64,000 bases of DNA from Octopus sinensis (taxonomy: Eukaryota). Both the position numbers and the translations under genes were made by a program. Of this stretch, positions 54,043-64,000 are shown piece after piece. Position 1 is the stretch's first letter, and each line of letters starts with the position of its first letter. The stretch covers positions 108,810,001-108,874,000 of the forward strand of contig NC_043001.1 in NCBI RefSeq assembly GCF_006345805.1. Direction: 5' to 3'. The notes under the pieces are model-generated. The model saw only the letters and a list, made by a program, of their open reading frames with translations. It had not been told where the DNA came from and did not search any database.

Positions 54043-55335
54043 TTGGGTTGGCAACTAAGTTCCCGTCGTTATTTTTTCAAATTTTGGAATTTATTGCGTT
54101 TTAAAATTTTGGAATCATTTTTTTCGAGAATTCTATTTTTGAATCATTCTCGAATTTATATTGTTTTCTTCTAGTTAATTATAGTTAGTTTTGTTTATTT
54201 TCAGATCATTAAAATGGAATGTCAAGTTAAGAAAAACGTGCATTATCGACACCTCCTTCTTTTTGCTTTTAATCAAGGTTCTAAGGCCGCAAAAGCAGCT
54301 CGCGACATTTGTGCTGTGTATGGAGAGGGTGCCATAGATGAAAGAACCGCTCGTGATTGGTATGCCAAGTTCAAAACTGGAAATTTTGGTCTCAAAGACG
54401 CACCTCGTTCTGGCCGTCCAGTTGAGTTCGACGAAGAGAGATTAAACCAATTTTTGCACGAAAATTCTCGTCAAACGACAAGGGAACTGGTAGAGAAAAT
54501 GGAATGCTCCCACACTGCTATAAAGAAGCATCTTCACTCGATGGGAAAGGTTCAGAAGTATGGAGCATGTGTTCCACATGCTTTAAGTGACAACAACAAC
54601 AATTAACGAGCCACAATCTCCGCTGGTTTGCTTGCTCGTCACCGCTCAACTCATGGACATAAGCAACGATTTCTTTACCGAATCGTTACTGGCGACGAAA
54701 AATGGTGCCTGTACATCAATATGAAGCAGCTTAAGGAATGGTTTAGTCCCTGTAAACAAGCGACAGCGCGCGTGAAACAAGATCTTCATCCGCGTAAAAC
54801 GATGTTGTGCGTATGGTGGGACTGGGAAGGGATTATCCATTACGAATTGCTTGAACGGAACCGAACGGTCAACGCGGAACTCTATGTTCAACAGATGGAA
54901 CGACTCAACACGGCTATTCAAGAGAAAAGACCTAATCGTTAGCATGGGGTTCTTCTGCTTCATGACAACGCCCGCCCTCATATCGCCAATATGACCAAGA
55001 AAGCCATTCAAACGCATGGCTGGGAAGTGCTTCCACAACCGCCGTACTCTCCTGATTTGGTACCAACAGATTTCCACCTCTTTCCATCTCTTTCAAATGC
55101 TATGCGCGGAGTTTCGTTCAATACTGATGCAGAATTGAGAGCTTGGTTGGATAAATTTTTCGAGTCGTAATCGGGTGATTTCTACCAACGAGGTATTGAA
55201 AGTCTTGTTGAAATTTGGGAAGAAGTTGTAAACAACAAGTGTGAATACATTATTGATTAATTAGTCGTTATTTTTTATTATACATTAAAAACAATTTAAA
55301 TAAAAAAAACGGCGGGAATTTAGTTGCCAATCCAA
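54043..55335 (+). mobile_element. Full-length mariner (DD34D, mellifera-like), 1293 bp, inactivated
   Basis: TA TSDs. TIRs TTGGGTTGGCAACTAAGTTCCCG and CGGGAATTTAGTTGCCAATCCAA. One reading frame 54214-55260 with stops at 54604, 54940 and 55168 and no frameshift. VTGDEKW, HDNARPH and YSPDLVPTD give 34 residues between the second and third D. Confidence 0.97.
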
Positions 55336-55491
55336 TATATGTACCTGTGAGTGTGTGTGTAGATATATACATGTATAGGTATTTCTATATATATTCAATT
55401 ATGTATTTTTTGTATACGTTTTTGTAGTTATACATTTGTATGTAGTTGTATATATGAGACTCTATATATGTCCCTCTCTCTCTCCCTCTTT

Positions 55492-55530
<39 letters not shown>

Positions 55531-55921
55531 TGTATACGCACAAACGCACAGTCATACATGTTTACATATGCGTATACGTATTCGAATATATATACACGTA
55601 TGCATATTCGTGACTCTAATTTTATTGGAAGGTTGGAAACTGATACACGCAGGCCTATAAATGTGTCCACTACCATCAACACATACACACAACATTTCCA
55701 CATGCACACAAACTCATACACACATTTATAAAGCTACGCTCGTAGTTGCGTGAGTGTATCTTGTTTATGTAAACTTTGAGAAAACATACATGCAATATAT
55801 AGGAGCAGGAGTGGCTGTGTGGTAAGAAGCTTGCTTCCCAGCCACATGGTTCCAGGCTATTCTACTATAGCCTCGGGCTTTGTGAGTGGATTTGGTAGAC
55901 GGAAACTGAAAGAAGCCCGTC

Positions 55922-55954
<33 letters not shown>

Positions 55955-56128
55955 TAAGAAAGTTTGTTTGGTAAAGCACGTGGGTGAATATATAAGAAAA
56001 TAGTAAAGTGTGAAAAAACGACAGAAGGCTTAAATGTTAAAAAATATATATATTTGTGTCAAAATGTCTGGAGAATATTGGAAAAATTTTTTTCCTTTCC
56101 TTAAAATGACATAATTTTAAAATTTTAA

Positions 56129-56168
56129 AAGAAATTACCGGTTTCGCGTGTAGCTTTTCAAATTTCTT
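56129..56168 (-). ncRNA. Minimal hammerhead motif with U3-A8 compensatory core
   Basis: Minus strand AAGAAAU-UUGAAAA-GC-uacac-GC-GAAA-CCGG-UA-AUUUCUU: 7 bp stem I and palindromic ACCGGU stem III, ~140 bp downstream of the PLE stop. Confidence 0.65.
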
Positions 56169-56304
56169 GTGACGTTATGTTTATATTGCATGGAGTTATC
56201 GTTGTGTTTATTAACAGGAGATTTCTAAATAAGGGGAGGTAGTGAGTGATTTCTTCCGGTGTAAGGGAGATAATCGCTTAAAATTTTTTTTTCCCTTTTC
56301 CTTG

Positions 56305-57104
56305 TTAATTTCTCTGTGTCAGTATGTTCGGATGGTTGAGTCTGGGTTTGTACTTTTCAATGAAGAATGTTTCCTTGTTCAGTCTCATTTGTGTTGATGA
56401 TCCGAAAGCACATTGGTAAAATGGGAAGATTAAAAATTGTGGCAGTATTTGCTTTGCGCATTTCTCAATGTGCTCACTAAAAGGTATCATTCTATATTCT
56501 GGGAATGCAATCTGTTGTCGATGCAGTGTGCATCTACGCCTGAGTGATAGTCCCGTGGAACCCACGTAGTCTTGGTGGCAGCCCGAGCATTTAATAACAT
56601 AAATTATGTTTTCAGAGGCACAAGTAAAGTTAGATTTGATTTTGAATTTCTGTCCCTCTTTAAAGAAGAATTCTGATCCTTCCAATAGGTTAGGACATGT
56701 TGCACAGTTCGATCTACCACATTTTTTTACTTTTGCATCCGTAATTTTAGAAGACAATTTTGCCTTTGTGAGAATCTTTTTAAGTGATTTAGGCTGTTTG
56801 TAGCTTTTAATGATTTGGTGTATGTTTAGAATTTCCTTTAATTTTGGGTTTTTATGAAGTATTGGTAAATTCTGGGTGATGATGGTGAAGGCTTCTTTGT
56901 TTCTGGGGTTGTATGTAGATATGTAAGGTAGTATTTTCGGGGAAGGTGTGTTGTTGTGTTGAACTTTTCTTAAAGTTTCTATGTTGATTTCTGTTGTACG
57001 TCTGATCCCATCCTCTATGAGTTGATAGACATTACCCAGCTCAACTCATAGAGGATGGGATCAGACGTGCAACAGAAATCAACATAGAAACTTTAAGAAA
57101 AGTT
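56305..57104 (-). mobile_element. Penelope-like element 3' fragment (linker plus GIY-YIG EN) with inverted 5' piece
   Basis: ORF 56305..56757: CGRSNCATC...CASENIIYVIKCSGCHQDYVGST...RRRCTLH...EHIEKC...ETFFIEKYKPRLN. Upstream KILPYISTYNP. 64 bp fold-back at 56962-57104. Confidence 0.92.
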
Positions 57105-57665
57105 TACGTCCCCGTAACATAGCCGTGATGCCAAATTGACCGATAGAATAAGTAATATTCCTACAAAGAAGAAGACCTGGAGTCCATTTATTCAGCTAAA
57201 AAGGCGGTGCTCCAGCATGACCGCAATCAAATGACTGAACCAGCTGAAAGTGTAAAAGAGTAAAGAGATATTTACCTGAAATTTACCTGAAATATAAACA
57301 AACTGATCGTCCTCGCATGCACACAAGCGTTTACACACACATACACCACACACACAAGACACTAAACAGTCATATATCTGTATGTCTGTGTTTGTCCCCC
57401 TCATCATCGCTTGACAACCGATGTTTGTGTGTTTACGTCCCCGTAACATAGCGGTTCGGCCTAATTGACCGATAGGAGAAGTAATAGGCATACAAAGAAT
57501 AAGTCCTGGAGTCGAGTTATTCAACTAAAAAGGCGATGCGCTAGCATGGCCGCAGTCAAATGATTGAAACAAGTAAAAGAGTAAAGAGATGTTTACCTGA
57601 AATTTACCTGTAATATAAACAAACAGATCGTCCTCGCATTCACACAAGCGTTTACATAAACACAC
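57104..57665 (+). repeat. Tandem duplication (~330 bp) of a SINE family B 3' end plus flank
   Basis: TTTACGTCCCCGTAACATAGC...GTAAAAGAGTAAAGAGAT.TTTACCTGAAATTTACCTG occurs twice. Confidence 0.85.
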
Positions 57666-58009
57666 ACACACACACACCAACAGTCATATATCATTGTTCA
57701 GGTGTGTTTATGTGTTTGCGTACACGAAGGAATGTATAAAACAGACGTGGAGATGTCAATATATAACACTTTCTTTACAATGTTATTGAGACGTGTGTAT
57801 CATGCTACGGAGCTAATGAGATATCTATTGGAACAGTAATCTTAAAAACGAATTATAAATAAATTAATGACATAATATCTTCATTAGAAGTGATTATTTA
57901 TTAGAAAGGCATTTATCAGAACAAAGTAACACATATATCAAATTTGCCTGGAAAGTGAATGTCACACGTAATATTGCGACTTATTTATAACTTCATCTAT
58001 TTACCTACG

Positions 58010-58760
<751 letters not shown>

Positions 58761-59493
58761 CTAACGGGTACTCCGTCGGTTACGACGACGTGGGTTCGAG
58801 TTGGTCCGATCGGCGGAACAGCCTGCTCATGAAATTAACATGCAAGTGGCTGAGTATTCCACAGACACGTGCACCCTTAATATAGATTCTTAGAGAGATT
58901 CAGTGTGGCACGCAATGTGACAAGGCTGGCCCTTCGAAATAGGCATGTACAACTAACTTTTGCCAGCTGGAGCAACGTGACATAAAATGTCTTGCTCAAG
59001 TATACATTACACCGCCGGGAATCGAACTCACCACCGTACGATCGTGAGCCGAATGCCCCTAACTGCTATATCTATCTATGTAGGGCAAAAATCAAGCTGG
59101 GCTGCAAATTTAAGTTTTGCGTATTGTCTTGTTCAACCTCGAAAAAGAATTCGCTTGCTCGCGTTTATATATAGGAAAGATATCTTGAAAAAATGTTAGG
59201 TGTGACTATTACTATTTGTTAAAATTTCAATGAAAGTCTTTTTTTTATTTTGTTCAAGGTAGAAAACTAAGTAAATGATTAAAGGTCAATATAGTGTTTA
59301 AAGGTCAAGCAACTGATTAAGTGGAAAAGTTAGAGGCGGTGCTACGGTGGGGGTTACGGCGGGATGGCGAAGAATGGTCAATAAAAAAAAAACAAAATTC
59401 AATAAAAACAAAATCATTGAGATTATTAGGTAGAGGTCGAGACAAGGTCAAAATTACACACACAAACATACACATACAAACACACACGTATAC

Positions 59494-59530
<37 letters not shown>

Positions 59531-59671
59531 ATTATATATATATATATTATATAGGTGAGAGAGTTGGTGTGTGAAACCACGTGGCTGGATGTATAAAAAA
59601 TAAAAAACGGATACCCTAGATCCGATTTACAATGGATCTAGGGTACCCGTTGGTTTTCAGTATATCTAGGA

Positions 59672-59905
59672 AGGCGGCGAGCTGGCAGTAACGTTAGAAC
59701 GCCGGGCGAAATGCTTAGTGGTATTTTGTCTGCCGTTACGTTCTGAGTTCAAATTCCACCGAGGTCGACTTTGCCTTTCATCCTTTCGGGGTCGATAAAT
59801 TAAGTACCAGTTACGCACTGGGGTCGATGTAATCGACTTAATACCTATGTCTGTCTTTGTTTGTCCCCTCTATGTTTAGCCCCTTGTGGGTAATAAAGAA
59901 ATAAA
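59672..59905 (+). mobile_element. SINE family A monomer with 13 bp TSD
   Basis: TATATCTAGGAAG at 59661-59673 and 59906-59918. Confidence 0.92.
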
Positions 59906-59919
59906 TATATCTAGGAAGC

Positions 59920-60256
59920 GTGTAGTGTGGGTCACCTTGTCCTCCGTTCTGCTGCACTTACCCTGGATGCGTGCACGTTTATTTCTGGCGTATCCTATTT
60001 TGGCACCGAGTGGAAGTGCTTAATTGTACTGGACAAACATATCTCTACTGGCTGCTTCCCTGTAGAACTCGGTGTGGATCTCCTCTTCTTCCGTTATATT
60101 CAGTTTGAAGTCAAGTAGTGATAGCGATACAGTGATGCTGGGATGTTCTATAGTGAACTTTATGTTCTTGTTAATGCAATTGAACGTCGTGAATATTCTG
60201 TCAGCCTCTTCACGGGAGGATATGAGTATGAGGATGTTATCTACGTATCTGGTGAG
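59920..60256 (-). mobile_element. Penelope-like RT C-terminal fragment (inverted)
   Basis: LTRYVDNILILI...FNCINKNIKFTIEH...LSLLDFKLNI...TEFYRE...Y.*ALP: RT motif 5 (YVDD decayed to YVDN) and following PLE motifs. Confidence 0.8.
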
Positions 60257-60605
60257 CCCACTCCGGCTCCTCTCTGAGAAGACACCTCACTAAGAAACGA
60301 ACAAGGGACAACAATCAATGTACACTAACAAACTGTCCCATCCGTGACAGATTTGTGCTAACGGGTAAATGTTGTGCATAGAATACAATGTAACAATACA
60401 AGTTCTATGTGGGTAGCACAGCAAGACCGTCACACGTCCGCATCAAAGAACATCTGAACATGAGAGCTTCCTCCTTCAGAAAACATCTAGACAGATGCCG
60501 GAACACCGACAAATGCATAACAGTCACAATTAAGGCCAATGAAAGAAATTTGGGTAATTTAAGAATTAAGGAAGCTATACCCATACACAGACTAGGGCCC
60601 CAAAA
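60257..60605 (+). mobile_element. Penelope-like GIY-YIG endonuclease fragment
   Basis: HSGSSLRRHL...CTLTNCPIRD / NVVHRIQC / KFYVGSTARPSHVRIKEH...RKHLDRC...LRIKEAI. Confidence 0.85.
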
Positions 60606-60678
60606 TTATTTTAGCATTTTCTATCTTGATTTTTTTCCATATTATATATATATATATATTATATATATAATATTATAT

Positions 60679-60723
<45 letters not shown>

Positions 60724-60834
60724 GACAGACAGCTCTAATATTTCCCTTTCTTCCCGACTCTTTTTCCTTCATTGTTTCCTCTCTTCGATTCGTCTCATTT
60801 CTACTACACTTTAGTGGGACAGAAATCAAACACA

Positions 60835-60904
<70 letters not shown>

Positions 60905-60947
60905 CTTACCTACTAACCTACCTTCCTGCCTACCTGCTAGCCTGCCC

Positions 60948-61027
<80 letters not shown>

Positions 61028-61761
61028 GCTGTTTGGATTGTTTATAGTAACTATGTGTCATCGGCGCACTGTTAACGTACTGAACTTTCCTTTTATCTAT
61101 GTCAAAATCTCTTCTTCAATGTAGACAGAGGCGGGAATAAATACAAGAATTATTTTCACAAATATGAATTATATATTTTAAGCTTAACATGCTGACACAG
61201 TAAACGAAGATTTTATCTGTGCCTGAAACTTGTCATACTACTAAAGATATATATAGTTTGCAATATAAAATAGTACCTTGAGACACTTTCAATAATAGAA
61301 CATGTGTTGACAAAGGTAAAATTTCGTTAATAATGTCTTCTACATATGGAAATCTTGATCATACGTAGAAATTTTGTTCTACCGACTTGATTTATCTTAG
61401 ATTTCCCACGCATACATACATACATACATACATACATACATACATACATACATACATCAATACATACATGCATACATGAATGCATACATACACACATACA
61501 TACATCTGAGAGTGGAACAGTTATAATATGAAATTATTTTCTCAAGTTCCAAATGTGAATTTGTCTGTGTTAGCTAAATCTCAGAGATGGAGCTTTGTGT
61601 CTTCGTTGGAAACCGGTTCCCTCTTCAGTGGAAGATTTATAATAAGTAAAAATAGAAGAGACACATACATGCATACTTATATAATATGTGCGTGTATATA
61701 TATATATATATATTATATATATATATATATATGCACACACACCCATATATATGCACATATA

Positions 61762-61798
<37 letters not shown>

Positions 61799-61812
61799 TA
61801 ATAATAATAATA

Positions 61813-61844
<32 letters not shown>

Positions 61845-61945
61845 AATAATAATAATATCTTTACCGGGGGATTTCCAATTATGGGCCTTCGTGAGTGCCT
61901 TTCTTAGGTCTGCTATTGTGATGTCTTCCCATGCTTGTTGTTGTA

Positions 61946-64000
61946 GGATCCTACCAAAATTTACAACAACAAGCATGGGAAGACATCACAATAGCAGACC
62001 TAAGAAAGGCACTCACGAAGGCCCATAATTGGAAATCCCCCGGTAAAGATAGGGTGCCGAATTTCTGGCTCTCATCGCTCCCATGCGCATACGGTAAGCT
62101 AGTTCAGCTGCTCAATGGAATTATGAGAGACCCAAAGAAAACACCTGAATGGTTAGCAAGTGGTATTACTTACCTACTCCCAAAGAATAACGAAACCAAA
62201 CTTCCAAAAAACTATCGGCCTATAACCTGTTTATCCACCACGTATAAAATCCTAACATCTATCCTGGCGGAGAAAACATATGCCTTCATGGAGAAGAACG
62301 ATATTTTCCCCACTGAACAAAAAGGGTGCCACCGAGGCTCATACGGATGCAAAGATCAACTGATAATTAATCGTATGATCCTTGAGAACTGTCAAAACAA
62401 GCGCAGAAATCTCAGCTCCGCATGGATTGACTATAAAAAGGCCTTCGACAGTATACCGCATTCATGGATCTTGAAATCGCTGGACATCCTCAAAATTTCC
62501 CCCGTGATTTCAAGCTTCCTGAAGCATAATATGTCGTTGTGGAATACGAATCTCCAATTATACCACTCTAATGGAGTACTTGCCTCAGAGAATATAAACA
62601 TCAACTGTGGCATTTTTCAAGGTGACTCACTTTCACCTCTAATATTCTGCATAGCTCTAATACCCCTTACAAGTGAATTAAACAGAACAGGGTATGGGTA
62701 TAAAATTGTCAATAAAAAATAAGCCATCTATTTTATATGGATGACTTAAAACTCTATGGTACAGACGATAATGAACTTGAAGGCCTATTACGCACTGTGA
62801 AAGCATTCAGTGATGACATCGGGATGGAGTTTGGGCTTGAGAAGTGTGCCAAGGTCACTTTCCAGAAAAGGAAAGTGAAGACCACAAATTCAGTCGTGTT
62901 AGATGTTGACACAGTCATAAGAGAGCTTGAGAAAGAACAAACCTACAAATATTTAGGGATAAATGAAGGCTCTGGTATTCAGCATGCAAGCATGAAAGAG
63001 AAGATCAGGAAGGAATGCTATAGGAGAGTTCGAGCAGTCCTGAAATCTGAACTAAATGCACGTAACAAGGTGTTAGCTATAAATTCCTTAGCAGTTCCAG
63101 TTGTTACTTATAGCTACAATGTGTTGAACTGGAATATGAGTGAAGTAAAGAAAATAGATAGGAAAATACGCAAGCTGCTGAGTTGTAATAGGATGCACCA
63201 CCCAAAGGCAGACGTAGATCGCCTTTACCTCCCCAAAGCACAAGGAGGTCGAGGCCTGATCCAATTTGAACTAGCTTACAAAACAACCATAATTGGACTG
63301 GCCAAATATCTTGAAATAACGAATGACTGGATGCTAAATCTCGTGGAAAATCACGAGAGACGAAAGAAGCTTCATTCTATCATAATGGAAAGCAAAAAAT
63401 TTGCTATTGATCTCGTGCAGGATACCTAAACTGAACAACCCGAGGGAAGTACGGCAACTATTGTTGCAAAGAAGGTGAAAATAATGGCAACGAAAAAAGC
63501 GCACGAGCAATTGGCTGATAGGTGGGAGGAGAAACCTCTGCACGGCAAATATGTGGCCCGTAGCAAACAAGCTGATGTTGACCAGAAGCAAACCCATCAG
63601 TGGCCACGGAGCTCAGGGCTAAAAGCAGAGAGGGAAGATTTCATCCTGGCTGCTCAAGATCAAAGCCTATTAACCCGGAACTACCAGGCCAATGTGATGA
63701 AAATGGAGCAGACCCAAAATGCCGATTCTGCAACGACATGATTGAAACAGTGGACCACCTAATCTCTGGATGTAAAGTCTTAGCCCCAGTGGAGTATAAA
63801 TTAAGACATGACAGAGTTGGCCAATATCTACACTGGCTAATAAGTCGGCATTACAATATCAAAACTGCCGACAAGTGGTATAATCACCACCCTGAAGCTG
63901 TAACTGAAGGAGAAAATGTAACGATTCTGTGGGACTCTCCAGTATATACAGACCGAACCATCAAAGCCAATAAACCGGATATTGTTGTGAAAGACCAAAA
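61946..64000 (+). mobile_element. R4/Dong-clade non-LTR retrotransposon (RT plus CCHC plus RLE), 5'-truncated, runs off the window
   Basis: NWKSPGKD, NYRPITCL, EQKGC...GCKDQL, WIDYKKAFDS, GIFQGDSLSP, HLFYMDDLKLY, AAQDQ, CRFC...H...C, RHD, ILWD...ANKPDIVV. Two single-base shifts in A runs and one TAA at 63427. The 5' flank is (AAT)n(GAT)n. Confidence 0.95.

Noticed and set aside
59605-59650. Hairpin ACCCTAGATCC...GGATCTAGGGT as terminator or Helitron end
   Set aside because: It is an isolated 11 bp stem with no associated element or second copy in the window.

Overview
AT-rich, repeat-saturated eukaryotic DNA with no intact cellular gene that I can support. The SINE families and microsatellite load resemble a cephalopod (Octopus-like) genome; this is inference from recalled repeat families. 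The window holds many tRNA-derived SINEs from four families, three CR1-like LINE pieces, an RTE 3' fragment and R4/Dong-clade (RLE) retrotransposon sequence, including a large 5'-truncated copy running off the right edge. It also holds a full-length mellifera-like mariner with three stops, older Tc1/mariner relics, MITEs, local tandem duplications and at least five Penelope-like element (PLE) relics. The less obvious layer, not shown by the ORF track: (1) several hammerhead ribozyme (HHR) motifs, one with a canonical core in a ~217 bp insert present in only one copy of a local duplication, and one with a compensatory U3-A8 core; (2) a PLE endonuclease relic followed by a ~4 kb, extremely C-poor ~1 kb-unit tandem array ending in an HHR-like motif; (3) near-perfect fold-back hairpins at the 5' ends of two unrelated retroelements, plus an inverted RT/EN PLE; (4) a SINE 3' end sharing a covarying stem-loop with the CR1 3' end; (5) a duplicated, degenerate exon-like segment with an RNxxxH (HEPN-like) motif. 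All translations and alignments were done by eye. Some frameshifts and the garbled 19.9-20.6 kb stretch could be assembly errors.
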